Part shown: positions 24,936 through 35,165 of the stretch, in pieces
How the letters are laid out: each line of letters begins with the position of its first letter
Position numbering within the stretch: position 1 is the stretch's first letter
Source: Utricularia gibba
Taxonomy: Eukaryota; Plantae; Magnoliophyta
DNA length: 64,000 bases
Direction: 5' to 3'
Assembly: GCA_002189035.1 (NCBI GenBank)
Contig: NEEC01000007.1
Coordinates: forward strand, 1,674,001-1,738,000
Made by a program: the position numbers and the translations under genes
The notes under the pieces: model-generated
The model's database searches: none
What the model was told of the DNA's origin: nothing
What the model saw: the letters and a program-made list of their open reading frames with translations, nothing else

Positions 24936-25014
24936 GACGCTGCCGGCGCCACCGGAGGCCTCTGAGCTCGCCGGCGGTGGACGGCGGGTCGGTTTCGGTT
25001 AGATCGGCGGAGCA
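24936..25014. mobile_element. GC-rich island in AT-rich intergenic DNA, possible DNA-transposon (MULE-like) subterminal remnant
   Basis: About 80 bp rich in CCGGCG/GAGCTCGCCGGCG, flanked by very AT-rich sequence. No TIR pair or TSD identified. Confidence 0.3.
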
Positions 25015-26877
25015 ACTTTTTTTGTTTTTAAATGAAAAATTAAATTTCCCAAAAAAAAAAACATCCTATTTACCATTACTGCCTACGTTGCCAGCTTCAT
25101 TTACCACCATGGCATGGGATGTAACAAATGAACATCTTATCATATGTGAATGAGAATTTTGGCCATCTTGATCTTCCCATAGAAAATTGTTCATTCTTTT
25201 ATGATGCATGATATCAACATAATATAATGTATTGTATCGCGTTTCGTTTCGTTTTTAATCTACGGGTCGCACCGCATAACGTTTATCAATTACAATAATG
25301 TATATTTGCTGGTTAATTATAAGGTTTTGAGATGGGAATAAGGTGTAGAGGCTGCTTCCAAGATGGGAGCAAGGGGAGTGGGCATCAATTATGAAAAATT
25401 GCACAATAATGTATGTTATGATCCCCACATGGACCTCTTCATTAGCCCCCGGGGAGACAAATTGGATGTATTCCCAGCTTATCCCAATTATTTCCCCCAA
25501 TTCATTAACTAACGTATGCCAATAATAATAACAATAATTAACCCAAGTTATTTATTCCCCCATGCACCTTGTCCCCCCAACCCAATTCAATTCAAATACG
25601 TTTACGTCCTTGGTAAAAAAAAGTCATCTCAAAGGGGCCTTATGCCAATAATTTTTGGTAAGAAGATAATCCGACGTCAAAAATATTATACATACGATAA
25701 TCATTTTTTTTCATATAATTATGGACGGGTGGTTACTTTTCTAATACATTTTAGTAATTTCTGGGAATCAGCGGGTTAATCCGACGTCGTTTTGATTTGG
25801 GGGAAAATGTGGATGGGATTAGGAGGGGAGTTAATTAGGGGTTGCTGGGATTAAAGTCCGCTTTAATACATGGATTATTGTGCTGGGTCATATTATTAGA
25901 CAATGGACCATGCCTTTTGGGTGAGAGGAGTCAAATTATTTATTTCGAAATTAAATACAAGCAACATGTTTATTTGACTAGCCCTAGACTGATTAACCAG
26001 GGACACCGACCAATAAATAATTCAGTCGCCCCGAACCAATGAAATGCCTCTAAATTTCTTTATTTAAAAAGAAAGGGGATTATTTAGAATAATTAGGAGT
26101 CACATTAGAGGGTTTAATGAATTGATATTATTCCTTTAAATGGTGATGAATGGAATTTTTACTTGATTAGGAACATTTTTGTATTTTTTTCTAATATTTT
26201 TGTTCGATTTAAATTTAAAAAAGTTGTTGGGTGGAAGCTGGAATGGGCCGGGTCCAGCCCAAATGAGGACTTGCAATAAGCCCATTCAGAAAAAAATTAC
26301 TCGGTATGTATAAATAATAAATGCGATCTCGTCCACGTTGATTTTGTGGGCACCTGGGTTGTGGCATTATCTGCTGCCAGAGTTCGTTGGTAGAGTAACG
26401 AACTCAGAGTTCTTGCTTTGTTTGTTTGTCGGCAGGCTGCTATCCATTGATTGGCAGGTTTAGTATCCGCCTGTGGAGAAAAGGTATGCTTTTTGTTTTT
26501 ATGGTTTATGTCTGTATTGCGTTTATGAGAATTGAAAGCCAGTTACTTTCCTTTTGAGTTGGCGTGAATTTATGTTTTCTTTGTATTAAAGCGCGTCTTT
26601 TTTATGATCGTTCATGCCAAGTTTAAAATTTGGTGTTGAATAGTATTGAGATGAAGATAGCTCTGTTTCTTTTGTGAATAACCATCATATTGGAGTTTGA
26701 TGCTGAGTTTTGATGATGAAGAGTGTTTTCCAAAATTGAAAGGATTTGATCTGGTATGCGTACGTGCGTTTTTATATCTTTGAGATTTCTTTGTATCGTA
26801 GGATAATGATATGGTTTGGATTTCATGATGTATAATTTCACAGTTGCACAGGATGAACTAAAAGCTACGAAGATCAT

Positions 26878-28637
26878 ATGCAAAGCCGTAGTATGAGAAA
26901 CAGACCTGAAGTGGAATCAGTTTATGGCTATATTGAATATCCTGAAAAACAATCAGATAATGGTAGACAAGATGGTGCGCTAAATCATGAAATTTCAACT
27001 GTTAAAGTTGTGCTACAGTGTAATGAAGAGTTAAACTGTCTGGATGAAATGAAAGATGGACACACGCTAATTGAGGCACAGATTACGGATATGTCAGTTG
27101 CAGCCATCAAAAACAATGATGCATGTCTTAAAGGGACTGATATATCAAAGCATAGGCCACAGGACATACTAAAGCAAAGTGAACTTTACTGTCAAATGAA
27201 GCCATCTTGTGAAGATCCTTCTCTTGAAATGGACAGTAGCATGAATTCAAGGACACATAATGATGCTGATACCGATGTTGTTGAGGGAATTTTACCCCGA
27301 TTAACTGATGCCTTTCTTAAAATATCAAGCAAGTGCGAGGAGATATTCGATCCTTTGAGTGCTTACTTTAAATCTTTCGAAGATGGGGTTACTATGAGAG
27401 TGTTCACTGATGTAGGTGATGATATTTACACTAGTTTAGTGGACAATGAGTTACCATTGCTTGAACACCCTCCTTGTGATGAAGCTGTAAGCTTTTTGTT
27501 GCCTCAGGAAACTTCACCTGGAAAAGCTGATAGTGAAGATATTCTTGGTCCCTTGCTTCTTTCAGCTCATGCGGCGGAGGAGAAAAATGGTGCTAGTGAT
27601 GGAATTTTTAGGGAGAATGAGAGTTCTGGTAGTTATTGCTCTTTCCATACAACAGTTTCCAGTGCATTGAAGTCTGATTCAGAAGTCATCGAAACAAAGG
27701 GTGTTGACAATGATGTTTTCATTCAGAATCTGAAGTCATCGAACTCTGCTATTCCAATCCCTGCAACAAATCGTAAGTGAAAATGAATATCTTCATTCTT
27801 TTGAGTATGTTATCAGTGGCAGTTTATTTCACAGTTTACATCAGCTAAATGATTTGCCCATTCTATGCTCTTTTAGTTGATTCCTCTGGAAGAGATCATG
27901 AACATTACCTGATGGATGAGTCAAGAACTTCAATATTTCTACCTAAACCTGGTAAGCATCAAGGATGTATAGTGCCATGATTTTTATGAAACTTTCTATT
28001 TGTTTTATGCAGCATGAAGATGATAAAAAATTCTTCCTTTCCAGGGAATTCTGCTCTTTCGACTGTTCTACTACCTCTTTCTGCATAAATTCTGTGAAAT
28101 AATAAATCCTTTAGTGTTGTAGTTCAATGATGTCTTTAATCCTTATAAACTACCTGGTGTAACAAATTCTTACGATATTTGTTTGTTGATGTCTAGATCC
28201 ATTGAAGATATGTGGTATTGATTCTTGGATGAATGATTCAACGATGGAAACACTGGATCTTTCACAGTCCATGAAGGCTGATGCAGCAGCAATGGTGCAT
28301 GGGTTTGTACTCCTGCTTCTCGTAGAAGAAATTTTATCTCATACTACAAGGTAGTATCACAAATACTTGTATCCGTATGCATACATATATTTCCCAAGCC
28401 TTGATCATAAATCTTACATGATATCATTTTCTTGTCCAGAATTTGATAAAAGGCAAATTCGCTTCTTGGAGTAGATTATCTAAGGAATATAAACTCCTGC
28501 ATATATTCTATGCAGACATTGATGAGGAATCAAAACGGGGTTTTGGGCCAAGTTCTGTAATATATACCCCTTCTTTGGATGCAATGAGAACGTTGGCGAC
28601 TCTAGATTTACCTGCAGCAGAGTGGGAGGTGCTGTGA
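26878..28637 (+). CDS. Uncharacterised acidic plant protein with METLDL and C-terminal EWEVL motifs (recalled AT1G73130/AT2G31130-like family), 4 coding exons; one apparent frameshift
   Basis: 300-codon exon 26878-27772, then GT-AG exons 27877-27951, 28197-28350 and 28440-28637 giving ...STMETLDLSQ...RNFISYYK/NLIKGKF...EYKLL...AAEWEVL*. G3 at 28301-28303 needs to be G4. Confidence 0.6.
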
Positions 28638-28754
28638 AATGTAACCTGCCATGACTGGTGTCTACATTCTGCTTTGTGGGGTTCATTTTATGTTTATGTC
28701 CAGTTTTCTTTGTCTATAATACTGAGATAGTAACAATAAAGTTTCTTCGTTGGA

Positions 28755-30235
28755 TCATTTTGGCCTATAATCATGTAAAAGAAATGAATACAGAATTTCA
28801 TTCCATGTATCAGGAACTCCTGGTAAGCACCAGTGGATGCAATCAGCATAGTTTGCTGGATCAGATTTCTGTTGCTTAGTCAAAAGTTTGCCTTTTCTCT
28901 CTCCGTAAATGGATGGATGCCCATCTTTTCTGTATTCGGACAGCTGCGTGATGTTCAATATTGTTACCTTGAACTTCAGCTGTTCAATAACATCCTCCAG
29001 TATACCCAGATGTCCAGACTGGAACCTATTCCCCAGTATGATTCTTCAATCGGGTACATCTCATTGAAGCAGTTCCCATTAGTTCCATGTTTCCATTCCC
29101 AACTCCTGGACATGAAATTTTGCAGAGTTAGCAATTCTCTCTTCTTAAGGATCATTCATTGTGATCCCAGTATCATAGACTTACCATAAGTGTGTGGGAG
29201 ACATTGTCATGAAGAAAATCTTTTGGTTTTCATGATCTCTTCTTGCGTTGAGCCAATCTGACCATGTCTCCATTGCCATTCTGTATGCAGTTGTTACATT
29301 GTATTCTCGAATGTCGTCAACTGATCCCTATCTTTATCCATATGCCATATTTTCAGTTCGTTTTCAGGCTTGCACTATGAAGCTAAAATTCAAGAATTCT
29401 TACGTTGCGTTGATGGTAGGCCTGTACATCCACCACACATAGCTCTCGAAGATCAAAACATCAGCTTCATCCCACTCCTTACTATTCTTTGGCTACAGAA
29501 TCAAGTCTCACCAAACGCTTCAAGACAGTGTGGTTTGTTGCGTGGTCTGATACTGAGTCCACGAGAAAGGGAGCCCAGTAGTACTCAATGGACACATTGA
29601 AGTCCTGGATTTTTATGCAAGCAGGGGAACGGTGAATGAGAACACTTTTACCAGAGCAACAGAGTAAGCAGATGAAGGTACCTCTACTTTGAATATTTTC
29701 TTCGGAGGGATTCTTGTGAGTGATTTCTTCACAGTGGTTGGAAGAGTTTGATGTACTAAACAGAGCATAGACTCAAACATGCTTCTCTGCACCGAGTCTC
29801 CTACAAACATCAGTCTTTTGTCTCGAAGGATCTTCATTAGCTTCAGACCATCAAACCTGCACTCCAATCATTCCCTCCATTCTGCAATGCGAAGATGGGG
29901 AAGACAGACAAAAGGGAGGATTACCTCGGCAAACTGCATTCATCCGGCTCCCATTTCCAGTGCTGATAGAAAGAATCTGGCCTCCCATTCCTCAAACAAG
30001 TGGTTTGCTTCACTAGGAATGGGCAAGTCTCTTCATCATAGAGAGGATGAGTCGCATTGCTCCACACCCATTTCCCTTCAAAGACGTTGCACCCTTCTTC
30101 AATCACGCCTCCCTCTGAAACTTCACTGGCGGATCCAGCTGAATATTCATGGCTTACGCTGATCAGAAACAGCCCGGTGAGCGAAGACGCGATCCCGAGG
30201 CAGAGAAGGAGGTGGATCCGCCACCTCCGCTGCAT
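28755..30235 (-). CDS. TBL31: Trichome-birefringence-like (TBL31-like) xylan O-acetyltransferase; two apparent frameshifts
   Basis: N-terminal TM, CNVFEGKWV, CPFLVKQTTCLRNGRPD, GDS motif FVGDSVQRSMFES, YWAPFLV...SDHATNHTV, FESYVWW, catalytic DCIHWCLPGVPDTWN. Confidence 0.88.
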
Positions 30236-31681
30236 CACGCCCTGCTACGACGATCAAGAAAGCAGATTCTTGTAGCTACATACACCCAGGGGCAACCCAT
30301 ATTATCAAAAGCTGTTAGCTTCAACAACTGGTGGGTGCAACAAAGTAGATTCCTTCAAACACACCCTAAACACCATAGCAACAGAACTCTGATGGTTCAC
30401 ATGTCAGAAAAAAAAAAGACTTCATCAGATCATAATAAACCATGCATGCAAAGTTTCCATACCAGCAAATACAATAAATACACAACCAGGAGAAAGAAAG
30501 AAGAAGAGGAGGAAGACAAATCAGGAGTTGATTGATGCCCACCCCATGAAAATAAATGCATGAAGCCATTTGTCAGATAAATATTTTTTTAAGCATGATT
30601 AGTATAATTATTTAATTTTTTCAACACATGAGAACTCTTCTGGTCTCTTTCAGACATCTCTGTCACCTGTTAAATCCTTCATGTTTTTCTGTAGGGGCAT
30701 GTCATCGGTCTGGACCTTCAACCCTAAATTAAATCGCATTATTTTAATTTAAATATTGAATTATTAAACAAACCGATAAACGGTGGGCCGGGCCGATGAT
30801 GAGATGACAGCCCACTTGAATGATGTGAAGTGGGCCAACACGTGGCGATAAGAACGAGGGGGCCTCGCCTTACGTACGGCGCACGCGGGGGCGAAAGCGA
30901 TTGGCCTTCACCCACGACCAATCGCACCGCGTGACATTTATCATTATTGTTTTATTTAATTACAAATACAAATTGGATCTGTTGTTATTTTATTTAATTC
31001 AAAAACAAAAAAAATGATGTCATCAGGGATTGTTGGGATGGTTGGGGGCCCCACGGAACTAATTGCGTTTTGTCCTTTAAATATTAATTAATTAAGAAAT
31101 CCAATCATTAATCTCATTTTCCGTCATGTTTTTACTCCCCCATTTAATTCATTTATTTATTTGGAAAACTCATTTTCTGTGCTTGTCGTTTTACGGAAAT
31201 TCAATTATACGCCTCCCTTTCGATTCAATTTCAATGCCCATACTTATCAACTCTCTTCTTGTTCACATTGCTATTGCACGTGCCTCCAATTTAGTTCTCC
31301 GATAGCGAGGATTTGTATATAATTGAGGTTTAGGGTTTCAAATTTAGGTTTATGGACTCTGTAGAATCCGAGTCATTTATAAAAAATAATCACTCTTCTA
31401 CAACTGGGGCATGATAAAAATGATCATATTTCAATCTAACTAATATCAATTTCTATACTCTAATTTTGAAAAGAAAAGAAGTATAAATTAAAGAAAGGTA
31501 ACAAAAAAACATTAGTGTGCACGGTTTCCTATACTGTGTTATTAAATGAGGAAAGGGGGGCTTTTTTGGCGACGTTGATGAGACCCAGACTGCGAGTAGG
31601 AGGGCTTCTGTGGGGTGCAAATGAATTTAAGGCGAAACGCAGCCAGCCCCAAAGACACATCCTTTTTTTTCTTCCTCACAT

Positions 31682-31715
31682 TCAGATCAGATCAGATCAG
31701 ATCAGATCAGATCAG
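31682..31715 (+). repeat. (TCAGA)7 microsatellite
   Basis: tcagatcagatcagatcagatcagatcagatcag. Confidence 0.9.
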
Positions 31716-33902
31716 CTCACACTGCTTTTCATGTCTTCATGTTGAGGGTCTGTTTCTTCTTTTTCTTCTTCCCTTTTCAATCCCTGTAGGCTGTATTCAT
31801 CACCAAACCCTGATAACTACTGTGCGATTGATTGATCCCGCAAACCCCGACCCGCTTCCTCTGCGTGCAATCCACAGCTTGCTGCTGCTGCTTCTGCGCG
31901 CATTCCACCAACTGAGAAGGTGAAATGAGGGCAGCCCTAGAGATGATGATCCAGGCATCCATCCATCCATCCATGGAGTTGGGGTGTGTGCGATGATGGG
32001 ATCATTCATTCCCTTTGTCTTGGTATTTTATGTGAATAGGAGTTAATTGCTGTCCCCACTGGGAAATATAGTTGGCCTTTCATGTTCAATCTTACTGGAG
32101 GAATTAATGTGCACACACTTGACTTGTCAATTAATAGTTTCCCATTCAATGGTTTCACTCCTTCACATCCCCCTTTTCTTGTCTTACAAAATCAGCTCCC
32201 TCCCTTCCTTAATGTGCATACCACTTCATGCCTTTTGTTTTTTTCTTCACAAAAGTTATTACATATGGATAACTTCATACTCTAACTAACAATTTCTTTA
32301 AATTAGTTATGTTTACATAAATACACATTACATAATTATAATTGAAAAATATGTTTGTTATAGATGTTTCTAAAATACTGTTATGTTTGATAACTGTATT
32401 TAATATATATATGTGTGTAAAAAACAATATCATCATATCAAAGACACTCTTACCATAAACATAAAATTCAATCAACCCTAGAACTTGTTGCTTTGGAATT
32501 AAAATAAAAATCCATAATTTGTTTTTTCAAGAGAAATACAGGTGATTTAGAAAAGTATTTATTTTATAATATACATGTATGAGAAAATAATTAATTTAAA
32601 TTAATATTTATTTGTGAGTTGAATTAAAAAATGACTAATTGTTCAAAATATTTTATTGAGAGGGTAAAAAAAAAGGTGGGAGGCAGGTCTGATGGAGCCT
32701 GCAGACATTTGGAAATGTGGGTGTTATTATTATTTATGATTTTGAATTTTGATTTGGTGTATTATTTTATTAATATATTCTTCTCCCAATCCAGAGAATG
32801 TAAGAAGCCAAAATGTTAGAGGCACAGAGGTGTGGAAAGGGACTCAACCACACAAAAGGGGCAACAAGTATCACCCAGAGGAGTTACTTTTTCTCAAGAT
32901 AACTAAAAGCCTATTCACCACACCTACATCTCCTCTCCTCATCTGCTCACATTTCCCATTTAATTTATACATCAATATAATATTCAACAAAATCCACAGC
33001 AATCCTGGAAGATGGTGGTGTTCTCTACTCTAGGGGCTGGAGATGCCACCAAGTCCTCCTCTTTCTCTTGGACTATTAATTGCGCACACACACACACACA
33101 GCAGCAGCAATTGCCACCTCCCTCTCCCAGATCATCTTCCTGAAGGTTCACATGCAGCGCCTCCTGTGCAGCTCAAAGCCCCCATTTCAATGGCGTACAT
33201 GGAAGTTGTAAGGATTTTTATGGGGTTTTGAATTTTGAAAGGAGGATGGTAAATTTGGGGTCTTTTGGGAATGACTGCTTTTTAACAGGGGGGTAAAAAG
33301 TTTTCTTTTTTTTTTGCCGATCTTTAATTAATCTCTATTCTGACCCAAACACTGACACTCGCACCACTGGCATCAAGGCCTCTTTTAGGACAGAGAGCGA
33401 CAGAGGGTGCTGAGAGCTGTCAATCCTAATTCTCTATTTCTCTCTCTCCTTTTTTTTTGTATCGGTTCAGAGCTTCTGTGTGTGTGTGGGTGTATGTATC
33501 TGTGTGGGGTCTTCACATAGGGGGGAGAAGTATGCTGGCAAGGGAGAAGCGGTTTCTGTTCTTGAAGCTTGCTTGATTGTCTGGTTTTCTGATTTTGTAT
33601 GTGGTTGTTGTGTTTGTGTGGTTTTCTGTTGATATGGTGTTGACTGAAGAAAGATGGGTTGGGTTGAAGATTGAATTTTTGGGGTTGTGAGATTGAAAAT
33701 AGCGAGATTTGATTTCTGGGTTTTGGCAGATGTATCGGATTCTTTGATTTAGAAGCTGGATCCGGAGAGCAATCTGCACCAAGGCCAAAACCAGTTTCTC
33801 ACCGGAGAAGACGGCCGTGAACCGGCGTCCCCGCCGAAGAAAAAGGCATCTTACTTTTCTCCTGCTGTGACCACCCCAGAATATGCGAAATTGCGACAAA
33901 AC

Positions 33903-35165
33903 ATGGGGGAAAGTAGCAACCACCATACAGCGCCGCCACCGTCGCGGTTAGGCCCGAGGAGCGAGATTGTGGAAGTACAAGGCGGCCACATTGTGAGGTC
34001 AACCGGAAGAAAAGACCGCCATAGCAAAGTATGTACTGCGAAAGGCCCAAGAGACCGCCGCGTGCGCCTTGCGGCTCACACGGCGATTCAGTTTTACGAT
34101 GTTCAAGACCGACTTGGCTACGACCGCCCGAGTAAAGCTGTAGATTGGCTAATTAAGAAGGCAAAAAATGCAATTGATGAGCTCGCTCAGCTCCCTCCCT
34201 GGCACCCCACTTCGCAAAATGTGAACTTTGAGCAAGATGAGGCGCAGAAGAAGTGTGAAGAGGAGCAGCAGCAGCAACCACAGCAGCAACAGAAGCTGAG
34301 TGTGCATCATGGGGAACTGATGATTTCTAGTGCATCGAGTAAAAGGCCAATGATGATGCTTGGAGGTGAAGATGAAATGCACAATAATCCCAGTTCACAG
34401 AATTCAAGTTTTTTGCCTTCATCTTTAGATTCTGACGCAATTGCTGATACTATAAAGTCTTTCTTTCCGATGGGTGCATCAGCAGAAGCTAGCTCTTCAT
34501 CTATGCAGTTTCAGAGCTTCCAAGCTTCAGACTTATTGTCAGGAAACAGCGGTAATAGCCAGGATTTGAGGCTTTCTCTGCAGTCATTTCAGGATCCAAT
34601 GTTGCTTCACCGTCAGCCTTCAGAGCAAGCGCACCAACAAGGCCAATCCCTTATGGGTTTCGATGCGGCATCAAACTGGGCAGAGCATCATCAGCAGGCT
34701 GTGGCTGCGGCAGCCGCAGCGGCGGAGCTTAGTAGATTCCAGCGATTAACAGCTTGGAATCCCGGCGGTGGAGACTCAAACAACGGGAATGGAGGAGCAG
34801 CTGCAGGTTTCTTGTTCAACTCACAGCAGCCGACTCTGCAGCAGCTTTTAGGCCATACCCATTTTTCTTCACAAAGGGGACCCCTTCAGTCCAGTAACAC
34901 ACCTTCAGTTCGTGCTTGGATGGACCAATCAGGCGTAGCAGCAGCCATTGCTTCATCTGATCCTAGCCAACATCAACAGCAACATCACCACCTTCTCCCT
35001 ACAGTTGTTCCTATTTATCCATCTTCAATGCAAGGCATTGGATTTGCATCTGGAGCTGGTGGCTTCTCCGGTTTCCCGATCCCTGCACGAATTCACGGTG
35101 ACGTAGAGGAGCACGATGGCTATTCAGATAAGCCTTCCTCAGTCTCCTCCGATTCTCGCCACTAA
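33903..35165 (+). CDS. TCP4: CIN-class TCP transcription factor, TCP4/CINCINNATA-like, copy 1 (probably extended 5' by an exon at 33043/33190-33207 spliced to 33753)
   Basis: [94 protein letters not shown]; 420 aa from MGESS. Confidence 0.95.
   Translation: MGESSNHHTAPPPSRLGPRSEIVEVQGGHIVRSTGRKDRHSKVCTAKGPRDRRVRLAAHTAIQFYDVQDRLGYDRPSKAVDWLIKKAKNAIDELAQLPPWHPTSQNVNFEQDEAQKKCEEEQQQQPQQQQKLSVHHGELMISSASSKRPMMMLGGEDEMHNNPSSQNSSFLPSSLDSDAIADTIKSFFPMGASAEASSSSMQFQSFQASDLLSGNSGNSQDLRLSLQSFQDPMLLHRQPSEQAHQQGQSLMGFDAASNWAEHHQQAVAAAAAAAELSRFQRLTAWNPGGGDSNNGNGGAAAGFLFNSQQPTLQQLLGHTHFSSQRGPLQSSNTPSVRAWMDQSGVAAAIASSDPSQHQQQHHHLLPTVVPIYPSSMQGIGFASGAGGFSGFPIPARIHGDVEEHDGYSDKPSSVSSDSRH
34875..34894 (+). promoter_or_regulatory. 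miR319 target site in TCP4 copy 1
   Basis: AGGGGACCCCTTCAGTCCAG (encodes RGPLQS), matching the established miR319 site of CIN-TCPs. Confidence 0.9.

Noticed and set aside
24668-25015. 115-aa minus-strand ORF
   Set aside because: Non-ATG start, and mostly low-complexity AT-rich codons after a short GC patch; not credible as a protein.
31682-31715. Short repeats as a CRISPR-like array
   Set aside because: Simple microsatellites with no spacers, in a eukaryotic context.
31615-31923. 102-aa ORF with an RSDQI repeat
   Set aside because: The repeat is just the translated (TCAGA)n microsatellite and there is no family motif. The region is kept only as a possible ncRNA or enhancer finding.
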